This document shows, piece by piece, positions 11,048 to 22,023 of a DNA stretch of 64,000 nucleotides (within the stretch, counting starts at the first letter, position 1; the number at the start of each line of letters is the position of its first letter). This stretch comes from Nitrospirota bacterium (GTDB lineage Bacteria; Nitrospirota; UBA9217), in contig CAWBNQ010000003.1 in NCBI GenBank assembly GCA_963790205.1, forward strand, positions 896,001 to 960,000, written 5' to 3'. Made by a program: the position numbers and the translations under genes. The notes under the pieces are model-generated. The model worked only from the letters and a program-made list of their open reading frames with translations. It did no database searches and was not told where the DNA came from.

Positions 11048-12139
11048 TTATTTTTTTCGGTAGAACGGCAGCTCGACGATCTTGGCGGCGATCTCCCGGT
11101 CCTTGACCTCGATCTCGATTTCCTGTCCCGGCTGCGAGTACCTGCTCACGACGTAGCCGAGGCCGATCCCGTTCCGAAGGTAGGGGGAGTGGCCGCCGCT
11201 GGTAACGACGCCGATCTCGCGGTTTTCCGAGAAGATGCTGCCCCCGGTCTTCGGCACGCCCTTGTCGAGGAGCACGAACCCCGCGAGTTTCTGTTTTATG
11301 CCCTCAGCCTTCTGTTTCAACAATGCGTCCCTGCCGATGAAGTCCTTCTTAAGATCGACAAAGGCCTCGAGTCCTGTTTCAAGGGGAGTGTGCGTCTCGT
11401 CTACATCGCTTCCGTAGAGGAGATATCCCATTTCCAATCGCAGGGTGTCCCGGCAGGCAAGTCCGCAGGGGAGGAGACCCGATCCGCGTCCGGCATTCAG
11501 GAGCGCCTCCCAGAAAGCCTCTGCGCGGTCCGCGGGGAGGAAGAACTCGTAACCATGCTCTCCGGTGTAGCCGGTCCGGAAAACCAGCACGGGAATGCCG
11601 AGGACGGTCAACTCTCTCATGGACCTCACTTTTATCTTTTTGAGTCGGACCTCTGCAAGTTTTTCGAGGATCGGGAACGACTGGGGGCCCTGGAGGGAAA
11701 GGTGGGCGGTGCTTTCCGTCACGTCCGATATTTGCACCTGCGCGGAGGCATGCTGCGTGAGCCAGAGCAGGATCTTTTCGGCGTTCAGCGCGTTGGTTGA
11801 AAGGATGTAGCGGTTGCCTGCCTGCTCTTCAGGGAGACGGAAGAGGACCGTGTCATCGAGGATGAAGCCTGATTCGTTGCAGATGAATCCGTAGTGCGCC
11901 GACCCTGCCGCCATTTTCCCCGTGTTCCGGGTAAATACGCTCTGAAGGAAGGCGGCCGCTCCCTGGCCGGAGATCTCGATGCGTCCGAGGGAGCTGATAT
12001 CGAACAGGCCCGCGGCCGTTCGCACCGCATGGTACTCGTCCATCGCATCGGTATACTGGAGCGGGACCTGCCACCCCTGGAAGTCCGTCATTTTCGCTTT
12101 TAGCTGGATATGCTTTTGATGGAGAACGGTCTGTTTCAT
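11048..12139 (-). CDS. gcvT: Glycine cleavage system aminomethyltransferase T
   Basis: F.GW..P.QY, GLFDIS, RTGYTGEHGYE, GLACRDTLRLEMG, C-terminal LPFY. Confidence 0.93.
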   Translation of the reverse strand: MKQTVLHQKHIQLKAKMTDFQGWQVPLQYTDAMDEYHAVRTAAGLFDISSLGRIEISGQGAAAFLQSVFTRNTGKMAAGSAHYGFICNESGFILDDTVLFRLPEEQAGNRYILSTNALNAEKILLWLTQHASAQVQISDVTESTAHLSLQGPQSFPILEKLAEVRLKKIKVRSMRELTVLGIPVLVFRTGYTGEHGYEFFLPADRAEAFWEALLNAGRGSGLLPCGLACRDTLRLEMGYLLYGSDVDETHTPLETGLEAFVDLKKDFIGRDALLKQKAEGIKQKLAGFVLLDKGVPKTGGSIFSENREIGVVTSGGHSPYLRNGIGLGYVVSRYSQPGQEIEIEVKDREIAAKIVELPFYRKK

Positions 12140-12235
12140 GCAGCCCTCCTCATAGCAACGAGAGTACGGGGTACAGAGTCCTTAGTCCAAAAAGTTTCTT
12201 AAAATGGGCGGCTCATGCAGGTTGACGCGGTGACG

Positions 12236-13297
12236 CTACTTTATTCTGATTTTTTCAGGGTCGGTCTTGCCGTCGGCAAGTTTGTGGATGTCCTTCGGGT
12301 GGAACGCGCCCTTTTCGGTGATAATGGCGGTAATGTAGCGGGCGGGCGTTACGTCGAATGCCGGGTTGGCGACTTTTACTCCGTCCGGAGCTATCTGCAC
12401 TTTTCCGAACACATGGGTGACCTCGCGGGGATCACGCTCCTCGATGGGGATCAGGAAACCCGATTCCATCTTGAAATCGACGGTGGAAAGCGGGGCCGCC
12501 ACATAGAAGGGGATGCCGTGCTCTTTGCAGAGGACGGCGAGACTATACGTGCCGATCTTGTTGGCAACGTCGCCGTTTGCGGCGATGCGGTCCGCACCGA
12601 CGATCGCGAGGTCGACCATATCGTGGTACATGAAGTAACCGGCCATATTGTCGGTTATCAGGGTGCAGGGAATATTTTCCTGCATGAGTTCCCAGGCCGT
12701 CAGGCGCGCGCCCTGGAGCACGGGGCGCGTCTCGTCGACGTAGACATGGATCTTTTTGCCCGCCTCTACAGCCGCGCGCATGACGCCTTCCGCGGTCCCG
12801 TAGCCCGCCGTGGCGATCGCGCCCGCGTTGCAATGGGTGATGATGTTGTCCTCGCTGGACACGAACACGGCCCCATAGCCGCCGAGCTTCTTATTGGTCG
12901 CGATGTCCTCGTCCAGCATGCGCTGGGATTCCTCGACGAGGAGATTCCGGATGTCGTCGAGGGCCCGGTCTTTGTGGTCCTGCGCGAACTTCTTGATCCG
13001 CTCGATGGCCCAGAAGAGGTTCACCGCCGTTGGCCTTGTCGCTGCCATGGAGGCGCAGATCTCCTCGAACCCGGGCCAGAATTCGTCGAAGGTAGATGCC
13101 GGGACCTGTCGCGCGCCGAGGGCGAGCCCCATGGCGGCGGAGACCCCGATCGCGGGCGCGCCGCGCACCCATAGCTCTTTAATGCCGCGCGCCACGGTCT
13201 GATAATCTTTGCAGTCATTGTAGACGACTTCAAGCGGCAGTTTTGTCTGATCCAGCATCCGAACGATGCCGTCTTTCCATTCGACGGTCGGGATCAT
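12236..13297 (-). CDS. mtnA: S-methyl-5-thioribose-1-phosphate isomerase
   Basis: [59 protein letters not shown]. Confidence 0.95.
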   Translation of the reverse strand: MIPTVEWKDGIVRMLDQTKLPLEVVYNDCKDYQTVARGIKELWVRGAPAIGVSAAMGLALGARQVPASTFDEFWPGFEEICASMAATRPTAVNLFWAIERIKKFAQDHKDRALDDIRNLLVEESQRMLDEDIATNKKLGGYGAVFVSSEDNIITHCNAGAIATAGYGTAEGVMRAAVEAGKKIHVYVDETRPVLQGARLTAWELMQENIPCTLITDNMAGYFMYHDMVDLAIVGADRIAANGDVANKIGTYSLAVLCKEHGIPFYVAAPLSTVDFKMESGFLIPIEERDPREVTHVFGKVQIAPDGVKVANPAFDVTPARYITAIITEKGAFHPKDIHKLADGKTDPEKIRIK

Positions 13298-13454
13298 GCG
13301 GGTCTCCTTAGGGGTTGGCGGTTGTAAAAGGCGAGCAAATTCTTTCTTTAAATATAATGGAACGGATGTTGATTGTCAAAAAGAATTTAAAGGTTTTTCA
13401 GGCAAATAGCCTGTTTGGGCGGGTTTCCGTGACGCAGCAAAGCGGGCCGGGCGA

Positions 13455-14366
13455 TCAATTGGCTTTGCATGATTGTACGGCAAGCGCGCCGCTGCGGCCG
13501 TCGATCGTTCCGGGGGTCAGATCGCACACGGGAATGCTTTCCGGGTTCTTTAAAAGTTCTCGCGCCAGGTCGTCCAGTTTTACGACCCGCATTGATTGCG
13601 TTTTCATTTGTGTCAGGAAGGATTCGAAGTAGGAAAGCTGCCGCATGCCCTCAAGCTCGGCATGGATGGTGAGCACGTTCAGCTTGCCGGGGAGCACGAG
13701 GGAACGATAATGGTCCGCGATGCGCGCAACGGGATATTCAGGCCTTCCCAGCAGCTCGTCGAGCGTCGGGAGCGTGGTCGGTATCTGCAGGGTCTTATAC
13801 ACGACGCCTTCCACACGGGGGAAAAAGGGGTGCGTCCCGCGGCAGTCGCTCGCGTAGCGCAGGTCCGCCTCGTCATAGGCCGCAAGGCTGAAGCCGTTCG
13901 CCTGCCAGCCCGCTGATCCGGCGGTCTTTGCAGGGGTCCTGAAAATGCGCTCGAACTCTTTTCGCGCTTTGCCGAATTCGATAAACACTTCGTCGCGTGT
14001 CATGCTTGCGAGCCCGTCCTGCCAGCGGATGTGATCGTAGCAGTGGATGCCGACCTCGTGGCCCTTGTCGCGCGCCATGCGCATCACACCTTCGTTCCGG
14101 CGGCCCACGTGCGGACCGGGGAGCAGGACCCCGTTCAGGAGCGTGCGGACCCCGTAAGTGGATACCACGCTGGTACGGCTCACCTTGCTCAGGAATCCGG
14201 GACGAAAGATACGCTTGATGGCGCGGCCGGTATTGTCCGGTCCGAGGGAAAAGAGAAAAGTAGCCGGCACCGCGAACTCGTCGAAAAGAGCAACGAGATT
14301 CGGCACGCCGATACGCGTGCCCCGGTCGGTGTCAACGTCCACTTTAATGGCGAGGGTGGTTTGCAT
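13455..14366 (-). CDS. arnD: Undecaprenyl-phosphate L-Ara4FN deformylase (polysaccharide deacetylase fold)
   Basis: IKVDVDT, GPDNTGRA, HEVGIHCYDH, IPTTLPT.DEL, TIHAELEG; last gene of the arn operon. Confidence 0.88.
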   Translation of the reverse strand: MQTTLAIKVDVDTDRGTRIGVPNLVALFDEFAVPATFLFSLGPDNTGRAIKRIFRPGFLSKVSRTSVVSTYGVRTLLNGVLLPGPHVGRRNEGVMRMARDKGHEVGIHCYDHIRWQDGLASMTRDEVFIEFGKARKEFERIFRTPAKTAGSAGWQANGFSLAAYDEADLRYASDCRGTHPFFPRVEGVVYKTLQIPTTLPTLDELLGRPEYPVARIADHYRSLVLPGKLNVLTIHAELEGMRQLSYFESFLTQMKTQSMRVVKLDDLARELLKNPESIPVCDLTPGTIDGRSGALAVQSCKAN

Positions 14367-14481
14367 AGTTCGTAGTCAGGAGTTCGTAGTCCAGAGCCCG
14401 GAGTGCGGAGTCCGGAGCGCAGGGTCGTTCGCAGCGCAGCATAGGGTTTTACTACGAACTCCAGCTCTACACTCCCAACTG
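14367..14481. repeat. Intergenic heptamer repeats with an inverted counterpart
   Basis: agttcgt agtcagg agttcgt agtccag agcccgg agtgcgg agtccgg ... actacga actccag ctctac actccca act. Confidence 0.65.
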
Positions 14482-14484
14482 TAT

Positions 14485-15527
14485 TTAAACGTCCAGTTCC
14501 TTTGACGGCCTGCCGAGATGATAGTCGAGGGTCTTCCGGAGCGCGGTCTTGAGGTCTGTGGTCGGTTTCCAGCCGAGGTACTTTGCGGCGTTCTCGACGG
14601 ACGGTACGCGGGTCAGGATGTCCTGGTATCCTTCACCGTAGTACTCTTTGGATTGCACGTTCACGAGCTTGACGCTTTCGGCGAGCTTCGCGTACTTCGG
14701 ATAGGTCTTGATGAGGGCGATCAGCGTCTCCGCCAGTTCCCGGATCGACATGTCGTTGGCGGGATTGCCGATATTGAAGATGCGGCCATCCGCGGCAGTT
14801 GTCCCTGTTCTCGATGATGCGGATGAGCGCATCGATGCCGTCGTCGATATAGGTGAAGCTCCGCCGCTGGGCCCCGCCGTCCACGAGCTGGATGTCCTTG
14901 CCGCGCAGGATATTGCCGATGAATTGGGTGAGCACGCGCGAGCTGCCTTCCTTGGGCTCCAGGATGTTGTCGAGCTTGGGGCCGATCCAGTTGAAAGGAC
15001 GGAAGAGGGTGTACCTGAGCCCCTCCTTCATGCCGTAGGCGTGGATCACGCGGTCCATGAGCTGCTTGGAACAGGAATAGATCCAGCGCGGCTTGTTGAT
15101 CGGGCCGAGCACGAGGTTCGACGTCTCTTCGTTGAACTCGCGGTCCGCGCTCATGCCGTAGACCTCGGACGTGGACGGGAAGAGCACTCGTCTTTTTGTA
15201 CCGTACGCATTGCCGCACGATCTCGAGGTTGGCCTCGAAGTCGAGCTCGAAAACGCGCAGGGGGTCCAGGACATAGGTCGCCGGCGTCGCGATGGCCACC
15301 AGAGGAAGGACCACGTCGCATTTCTTGACGTGATACTCGATCCATTCCCGGTTGATGGTGATGTCGCCCTCGACAAAATGAAAGCGTTCATGCCCCAGGC
15401 ACTGGTCGAGTTTGTCTGCGGCCATGTCCATGCCATAGACCTCCCAGTCCTTGTGCTTGAGGATATACTCGGTCAGGCTGTTCCCGATAAAGCCGTTTAC
15501 GCCGAGGATCAAAACTTTCAGACTCAT
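14485..15527 (-). CDS. arnA: UDP-glucuronate oxidase/decarboxylase (stand-alone ArnA C-terminal domain); 2 frameshifts in this assembly
   Basis: [45 protein letters not shown] spread over three frames; +1 insertions near 15191 and 14797; RBS GGAGAG before ATG 15527. Confidence 0.85.
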
Positions 15528-15560
15528 GGTTGTTCTCTCCATTTTTGGTTGATACGTGCG

Positions 15561-15612
15561 GTCATTCCGGGTTTGCAAGCCTGCTCTGCAGGAGTAACGC
15601 AGCGGGAATGAC
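15561..15612. repeat. REP-like palindromic element GTCATTCC...GGAATGAC
   Basis: Terminal inverted repeat (9 of 10 bases match) in the intergenic space. Confidence 0.6.
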
Positions 15613-15638
15613 GAATAAAATGACTTACACTTCGTATT

Positions 15639-16562
15639 CTACGTTCCGAGAACCTGCCCGACTTTCAATCCCGTCGCTTCCGCCGGCGCATCATCTTCAT
15701 CGGCGTCATCCCATTCCATATTGATGATCTCAAGGCTTCCTGAACCCGTTGTCACCAGCAGCGGATCGAGTGAAAGGACCTCTCCCGGTGCTCCCGTTGC
15801 CGGTCCGGCCGGCTTTGCCCACCAGATGAAAAGCCGTTTCCCCCCGACCTCGGTGAAAGCCCCGGGGTAGGGCTCGGTCACGGCGCGGATGAGATTATAT
15901 ATCGTTTCCGCGCTCTCTGTCCAGTCGATTCGGCCGTCTTCGGGTTTGCGGCCGCCGAACGTGGTGGCCAGCGTCTCGTCCTGTTTACGCCGCGGCGCTG
16001 TGCCCTGCGTCAGCGCGGCGAGCTGACGCTCAAGCACGAGGCGCGCTGCCTTCACACATTTGTTGAAAACATCCTGTGAAGTGTCCTCGTATCCGATAGG
16101 GACCGTTTCCTGGTCCACGATGTCGCCGGCATCGGCGCGCTTTACCATATGGTGCAGCGTTACGCCGGTCTCTGTTTCTCCGCTGCAGTACGGCCCAGTT
16201 GATCGGGAGCGCGGCCGCGGTATTTCGGGAGGAGCGAACCGTGCATGTTGAAGGCCCCGAGGCGCGGGATGTTCAGGATCTCCTCCTTGATCATGTTCCG
16301 GTAGTAGAAGGAGAAGATAAGGTCCGGCTCCCATGCTTTGATCCGCTCGATCCATTCCGGGGTGTTTACCGACTCGGGCGCATACACGGGGATGCCGTAG
16401 TGGCGCGCAAGACCGGCCACCGACCGGAACCAGATCTCTTCGCTCCGGGTTGTCCTCATGGGTGATGACGGCGAGTATGTACTCGTCATTCTGGATCAGC
16501 ACATCCAGACACTCATAGCCGACGTCGTGGTACGCGAAAACCAATATGGCGGGTTTACTCAT
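15639..16562 (-). CDS. arnA: UDP-L-Ara4N formyltransferase (stand-alone ArnA N-terminal domain); 3 compensating +1 frameshifts
   Basis: VFAYHDVG, then [21 protein letters not shown] in another frame (ORF 16160..16489), INWAVL in a third, then [21 protein letters not shown]. Insertions near 16444, 16204 and 16184. Confidence 0.85.
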   Translation of the reverse strand: MSKPAILVFAYHDVGYECLDVLIQNDEYILAVITHEDNPERRDLVPVGGRSCAPLRHPRVCARVGKHPGMDRADQSMGAGPYLLLLLPEHDQGGDPEHPAPRGLQHARFAPPEIPRPRSRSTGPYCSGETETGVTLHHMVKRADAGDIVDQETVPIGYEDTSQDVFNKCVKAARLVLERQLAALTQGTAPRRKQDETLATTFGGRKPEDGRIDWTESAETIYNLIRAVTEPYPGAFTEVGGKRLFIWWAKPAGPATGAPGEVLSLDPLLVTTGSGSLEIINMEWDDADEDDAPAEATGLKVGQVLGT

Positions 16563-17509
16563 TCTTCGATCCTCTCATAGACCTTACGGATAACGAAGCG
16601 GGGCCGCCGCCTGCACTTCCTTGTAGATACGGCCGATGTATTCGCCGATGATGCCGAGTCCCATGATGCCGACGCCGACGAGGAAGTACAGGATCGCGAA
16701 GAGGGTGAATACGCCCTCGGCCTCGGGTCCCACGATCAACCGCCGGATGAACAGGTAGATCACGAACAGCGTGCTCAGGATCGATACGACCATGCCGAAG
16801 AGCGTGAACACCTGAAGCGGCACCACGGAGAAGCCGGTCATAAGGTCGAAGTTCAGCCGGATCAGGTCATACAGACCGGTACTTGGACTCTCCCGCCGCG
16901 CGCGCCGCGTGCTCGACCTCCACTTCCGTCGGTTTGGCGGCATAGCTGTACGCGAGCGCCGGGATGAAGGTCGAGGTCTCCTGGCTCGCCACGATGCTCT
17001 CGATGATGTTCTTCCGGTAGGCCCGGAGCATGCAGCCCTGGTCCTTCATCCGGATGTTCGTGATCTTCGCGCGAATGCCGTTGATGATCTTCGATGCGTA
17101 CTTTCCGGAAGAAGGAGTCGTGACGGTTCTTGCGATAGCCGCCGACCACGTCGTGCCCCGCCTCGATGGCGGCGAGCAGTTTGGGGATCTCTTCGGGCGG
17201 GTTCTGCAGGTCGGCATCGAGCGTCACGACCACCTCGCCGCGCACCCGCTCGAAGGCGGCCATGATCGCCATGTGCTGGCCGAAATTGCCGTTAAAGTCG
17301 ATGAAGCGGACCTGTCCCGGGCGCTGCTTGTGGAACTCTTCGAGCATGGCGCCGGACCGATCGCGGCTCCCGTCGTTCGTGAACAGAATTTCATAGGGCT
17401 TGCCGAGCTTGTCCATGACCGTGGTCAGGCGCGTAAAAAGGGCATGCAGGTTTTCCTGCTCGTTGTAGACCGGGATGACGATGCTTACGTAAGGTTTGCT
17501 CATGATCAT
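16559..17509 (-). CDS. arnC: Undecaprenyl-phosphate L-Ara4FN transferase (GT2); 3 frameshifts in this assembly
   Basis: IPVYNE, NDGSRD, NFGQHMAIMA, LDADLQNPPEEI, DQGCMLRAY, two C-terminal TMs, GEYIGRIY..RRPRF. Insertions near 17101, 16875 and 16612; corrected stop overlaps the next ATG. Confidence 0.85.
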
Positions 17510-18666
17510 TTCCTCTGGAACAGGTCGGCCATGGCCGCGATCACCCGGTCCTGGTCCGCGTCGGTCATTACCGGGAAGAGCGGCAGGCTCACGATGCGGT
17601 CGGAAATGGTCTCGGCATTCGGAAAATCGCCGCGTTTGAAGCCGAAGTGTTCGCGGTAGTAGGGATAGAGATGGACGGCCCGGTAGTGGAGGCCGGTCCC
17701 GATGTTGCGCTCTTTCATCCCCTGCATGAAAGCGTCCCGGTCCATGCCCGCGGCATCGGGATTGACGAGCGGCGTGTAGAGGTGCCAGGCATGGAGGTGC
17801 GAATAGGCCGGGGCCGCGGGCAGCGATACCTGGGGCCAGCCGGCAAGGAGCTTCTGGTAGCGGAGGGCGAGCTCGGTGCGTCGCTTGATGAAACCGTCGA
17901 GTTGTTTCAGCTGATGGAGCCCGAGCGCCGCCTGGATGTCCATCATATTGTACTTGTATCCCGGCGCGATGATCTCGTAGTGCTGGCTTCCCTTTTTGCC
18001 GAAGCGGTTCCAGGCCTCGCGGTCCATGCCGTGGAACCGCAGGAGCGCCACCGCCTCCGCCATCTTGTCGTCGCGGGTGACCACGCAGCCGCCTTCGCCG
18101 GTCGTCATGTTCTTGTTGGGGTGGAAGCTGAAGACCTGGACGTCGCCGAAGCTCCCGATGCGTTGCCCCTTGTACTCCGTGCCGATGGCGTGCGCCGCGT
18201 CCTCGATCACGCGGAGGTTGTGCTTCTTCGCAATGTCGTACAGCGGGTCAAGGTCCACGGGAAGGCCCGCAAAGTGCACGGGCATGATCGCGCGGGTGTG
18301 TTTGGTGATCGCCTTTTCGAGCTTTGCCACATCCATATTATAGGTGCCCGGCTCGACGTCGACGAGCACGGGCTTGCCGCCCGTGAGCACGATCGTGTTC
18401 AGGGTCGCGGCAAAGGTCATCGGCGTGGTGATCACCTCGTCACCGGGCTTGAGCTCAAGCGCGGCCAGCACCAGGTGCAGCCCCGCCGTGGCCGACGAGA
18501 GCGCCAGGGCGTGGGGGGCCTGGCAGTAGGCCTTGAGGTCGTCCTCGAACTGCTTGACCCGGGGGCCGGTGGTTATCCATCCGGACTTGAGGCACGCCAC
18601 GACCTCGTCAATGGCGTCCTGGCTGATGGACGGCCGGGAAAAGGGGAGAAATTCTTCGTTCGACAT
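17506..18666 (-). CDS. arnB: UDP-4-amino-4-deoxy-L-arabinose aminotransferase (DegT/DnrJ family)
   Basis: FLPFSRP, SGWITTGP, EDAAHA, FSFHPNKNMTTGEGG, PGYKYN, GTGLHY. Confidence 0.92.
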   Translation of the reverse strand: MSNEEFLPFSRPSISQDAIDEVVACLKSGWITTGPRVKQFEDDLKAYCQAPHALALSSATAGLHLVLAALELKPGDEVITTPMTFAATLNTIVLTGGKPVLVDVEPGTYNMDVAKLEKAITKHTRAIMPVHFAGLPVDLDPLYDIAKKHNLRVIEDAAHAIGTEYKGQRIGSFGDVQVFSFHPNKNMTTGEGGCVVTRDDKMAEAVALLRFHGMDREAWNRFGKKGSQHYEIIAPGYKYNMMDIQAALGLHQLKQLDGFIKRRTELALRYQKLLAGWPQVSLPAAPAYSHLHAWHLYTPLVNPDAAGMDRDAFMQGMKERNIGTGLHYRAVHLYPYYREHFGFKRGDFPNAETISDRIVSLPLFPVMTDADQDRVIAAMADLFQRK

Positions 18667-18721
18667 TTGGCATCCTCGTTATTAATTAATAAAAAATAAG
18701 TAGAAAAAAATCTAAGGCATC

Positions 18722-18799
18722 TCTCGCAAAGGGCGCCAAGAACGCCAAGAAAACCGATGCTTGATTTAAAACCTTTGCGACCTTTGCGCCTTGGCGAGA
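18722..18799. repeat. Intergenic 9-mer repeats forming an inverted pair
   Basis: tctcgcaaagggcgccaagaacgccaag ... ctttgcgacctttgcgccttggcgaga. Confidence 0.7.
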
Positions 18800-18816
18800 A
18801 AAATGCTTTGTATTTC

Positions 18817-19182
18817 TCAGCTTTTCGTCACAAAATACACTCCCACGCAGATGATCAGGATCCCGGTGATGCGCGAGAGGGAAAGGTTCTCCTGGAACAG
18901 GTAGTACCCCGCCACGGCGTTCACGATGTATCCCACGGAGAGCAGGGGATAGGCGAAGCTCACCTCGACGCGGGACAGGACCAAAAGCCAGACCGCGACG
19001 CTGACCACGTAGCAGGCCAGGCCGCCCAGGATGAAGAAGTTCCCGGCGACCTGTACGGCGATGGGGAAGAAGTTGGCCCAGACAAACTCGAAGTGGCCGA
19101 TCCGGCGCATGCCTTCTTTCAGGAACAGCTGGGCCGCGGCATTCAGCATGACGCCGAGCATGATGAGGGGAAGATAGCTCAT
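18817..19182 (-). CDS. ArnE/ArnF-like SMR/EamA flippase subunit
   Basis: 121 aa, 4 TMs, LSRVEVSFAYPLLS; inside the arn operon. Confidence 0.85.
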   Translation of the reverse strand: MSYLPLIMLGVMLNAAAQLFLKEGMRRIGHFEFVWANFFPIAVQVAGNFFILGGLACYVVSVAVWLLVLSRVEVSFAYPLLSVGYIVNAVAGYYLFQENLSLSRITGILIICVGVYFVTKS

Positions 19183-20861
19183 TGTTTGACCTCTTTGTTG
19201 GAAAGCACGATATTATTTTCGTCCCGCATGACCGGATACAGTTTGACGTGCGGATTCAAGGTCCTCACAATGTCATAGTTCTTAACTTCCATCAGCAGGT
19301 ATATCGTCTCCGGGCCCATCCAGCGTTTCCAGAACGCGGCCGAGTCCATCATCCAGGCTTTCGTATCTTCAACCTCGGTCCCGAAATCGAGCTCGCCCTT
19401 CCAGTCCACGACGATGATGCGCCGCTCAAGGTAGACCGGCAGGTCCTGGTAATAGTCCAGATAACTGGCGACCTCATCGCCGGGTTTGAGCATCGGCTTG
19501 AGGCTGACAGCCAGCGTCTTGATCGATTTGGTATCGATACGGGGGGCGGCCGCATTCAGTTCGATCAGGAACAGCGCGGCAAAGATCGCCACCACTATGA
19601 AGGCAAAACGAATGCCCCGAAAACGGGCCAGGGCCCCGGTAAGCGCGGCCCCGACCAGGAGGGTGCATCCCGCGGCGGCGGGATAAAGACCGAGGGCCCG
19701 CACATCAGGTGTTCGCCAGACGAACGGCAGGGCGAGCATGGCTGCGCCGAGAAGGACCTGAGCAACGAGGAGCATAGCATACCCTGCCCGGATGCCAGGG
19801 AATTCGCGGCTGTCCCAGGCATCGCTGAAGTACCTGCCGATCAACAGGGCGAGCGCCGGAAAGACCGGCAGGATATAGGGCACCAGCTTCGAATCCGAGG
19901 CGGAGAAAAAGAGGAACACCAACCCTGCCCAGAGAATGAGGAAGAGCGCGTCGCGATGTTCATGCCGTTCGCGCCAGCTCGACGGGAGACTGTGCTTGAT
20001 CGCCTGGACCAGAAAGGCGCTCCAGGGGAAGAGGCCGAGGAGTATGACGGGAATAAAGAACCAGGGAGGCTGATACCGGCTGTGCATGGTGGTCAAATAC
20101 CGCAAAAAGTGCTCCTGGATGAAATAAAAATGGAAAAACTCGGGGTTGGTCCGCATGACCATGACATGCCACGGCGCCGCGATCAGCAGGAACAACGCCA
20201 GGCCCGTGGGGAGATACATGGTCTTGAGCACGCGCCATTCCCCGAGGATCATGATCCAGGCGCCGATGATCATGCCCGGGATGAATATGCCGATCAGTCC
20301 TTTGGCCAGGACCGCCAGTGCTGAAAAAGCGTAGAAGCTCCAGAGGTAGAGCCTGCGCCGGGGGCCGGGCACTTCGTGCATGCCGACGAGAAAGGAGAGG
20401 AGCGCCGCGGTGAGCAGGACCGAGACCGGCATGTCCAGGATGATCGCGCGGCCCAGGCCGTAGTAGAGCAGGTTGGTGGCAAGCACCACTGCGGCAATCA
20501 AGCCGCTCCGCCGCCCGTACAGCCGTCTTCCGGCGCCGTAAACGGCAAGGCACCCGAAGAGGGCGAACAACGCGGGCCAGAGCCGGAGGGTGAACTCCCG
20601 GAGGCCGAACAGCTTGATCGAGAAGCTCTCGAGCCAGTAGAACAGCACCGGTTTTTCAAAGTATTTGACGCCGTTGAGGCGCGGGGTGATGTAGTCTCCC
20701 GTGCTTACCATTTCGCGGGGGATTTCGACGTAGCGGCCTTCATCGGGCACGGACAGGGCGCGGTTCCCGAGCATGAAGGCGAAGAACATGCCGATCAGGA
20801 TGGAGAGCACGAGGACGTCGAGTAAAACCTGCCGGCTATTTTGTTTATTGTCCGTTTTCAT
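19179..20861 (-). CDS. arnT: Lipid A L-Ara4N transferase (GT39/GT83 type)
   Basis: PDEGRYVEIPREM, YFEKPVLFYW, LAKG, SKLVPYILP; many TMs. Confidence 0.9.
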   Translation of the reverse strand: MKTDNKQNSRQVLLDVLVLSILIGMFFAFMLGNRALSVPDEGRYVEIPREMVSTGDYITPRLNGVKYFEKPVLFYWLESFSIKLFGLREFTLRLWPALFALFGCLAVYGAGRRLYGRRSGLIAAVVLATNLLYYGLGRAIILDMPVSVLLTAALLSFLVGMHEVPGPRRRLYLWSFYAFSALAVLAKGLIGIFIPGMIIGAWIMILGEWRVLKTMYLPTGLALFLLIAAPWHVMVMRTNPEFFHFYFIQEHFLRYLTTMHSRYQPPWFFIPVILLGLFPWSAFLVQAIKHSLPSSWRERHEHRDALFLILWAGLVFLFFSASDSKLVPYILPVFPALALLIGRYFSDAWDSREFPGIRAGYAMLLVAQVLLGAAMLALPFVWRTPDVRALGLYPAAAGCTLLVGAALTGALARFRGIRFAFIVVAIFAALFLIELNAAAPRIDTKSIKTLAVSLKPMLKPGDEVASYLDYYQDLPVYLERRIIVVDWKGELDFGTEVEDTKAWMMDSAAFWKRWMGPETIYLLMEVKNYDIVRTLNPHVKLYPVMRDENNIVLSNKEVKQ

Positions 20862-21255
20862 GAATTCCGGAGTGAGCGCATTCCCCGCGGATGCCTATAC
20901 GAACCTTCACTTGCTGCGGGGAGCCTCAATAATCTTTCCGCGGGTAATCTTGAGAAGCGTAGCCGGGGGGTCGATACGAGGATATATCGCCTTTTCTCCG
21001 GCCGTTTTATCGTGATGACCGAGCTTTTGTTATGGTTTTGAAAGGAAGATTCTACATCGCATGGTGCGGTTTGTCAAACATTTTATCTTTGTGCTCAATG
21101 GGTTGCCAAGTGTGCGCGGCATCCCCGGAGGGGGAGGGAGGACACAGAGGAAGTTACCCCATACCTTCAAAATCTTTTCTGTGCGCTTTGCGGTTCATTC
21201 TTGACATTACGAGGGGCAAAGGGGAGAGCGGCGCGCGGGCGATGTCCTGCCTCAT

Positions 21256-21939
21256 TCAGCGTTGCGGCGTTTTGCGCGCGGCCTCGCAGGCCATATGGCG
21301 GATGACCTTCCCCTTGACCATGTACACGACCATTTCGGCGATGTTGGTGGCGTGGTCGGCGATGCGCTCCAGGTACTTTGCGATATAGGTGAGGCGCACG
21401 GCGCGGGCAATGTTCTTGGGGTCTTTGAGCATATAGAGCAGCAGCTCGTTGAAGATCTGCTGGTTCAGGTTGTCCACGAAGTCATCGCTTTCGCAGACCC
21501 GGAGGGCGAGGTCCGCGTCCTTTGCCACGAAGGCATCGAGGCTGTCCTTCAGCATCTTTTGCGCCGCCTCGGCCATGCGGGGGATGTCGATGTAGGGCTT
21601 GAGCGGCGGCTCGTCGAGCATTTCCACGGCGCGTTCGCAGGTGTCCACGGCCATGTCGCCTATGCGTTCGATATCGGTGATGATCTTGATGGCGGTCGTC
21701 ACGAAGCGGAGGTTGCTGCCCGTCGGCTGCCAGAGGGCCAGAAAACGGATGCACAGCTCCTCGATCTCGACGTCGAAATTATTGACAATGGCGTCGCCGT
21801 CGATCACGGCGATCGCAAGTTCCCGGTCGCGCTCGACAAGGGCTTTGATGGACTTCCGGATGGCGTCCTCGACGAAGCCACCCATTTTGAGGATCTGTTC
21901 TTTTATATTTTCAAGGTCCTGTTCTTTCTGAGCGGGCAT
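21256..21939 (-). CDS. phoU: Phosphate signalling complex protein PhoU
   Basis: Two PhoU repeats (DIERIGDMA, YLERIADHATNIAE); follows pstB. Confidence 0.95.
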   Translation of the reverse strand: MPAQKEQDLENIKEQILKMGGFVEDAIRKSIKALVERDRELAIAVIDGDAIVNNFDVEIEELCIRFLALWQPTGSNLRFVTTAIKIITDIERIGDMAVDTCERAVEMLDEPPLKPYIDIPRMAEAAQKMLKDSLDAFVAKDADLALRVCESDDFVDNLNQQIFNELLLYMLKDPKNIARAVRLTYIAKYLERIADHATNIAEMVVYMVKGKVIRHMACEAARKTPQR

Positions 21940-21967
21940 GGGGTTCTCCTTTAAGATAGTCGAAAAC

Positions 21968-22020
21968 AGTCAGCAGTCATCAGTCGGCAGTCAAAGACTA
22001 TCGACCGCGGACTATCGACT
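21968..22020. repeat. Intergenic heptamer repeats with an inverted counterpart
   Basis: cagtcag cagtcat cagtcgg cagtc aaa gactatc gaccgcg gactatc gact. Confidence 0.65.
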
Positions 22021-22023
22021 GGT

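Noticed and set aside
14485..17509. arnA/arnC as true pseudogenes or programmed frameshift genes
   Set aside because: All lesions are +1 insertions, mostly at synonymous two-allele positions. There are no slippery sites or nonsense codons, so an assembly artefact is more likely.
13455..20861. Split arnA and arnT-first gene order as a novelty
   Set aside because: Separate formyltransferase and decarboxylase genes in this order are already known, for example in Burkholderia-type arn operons.
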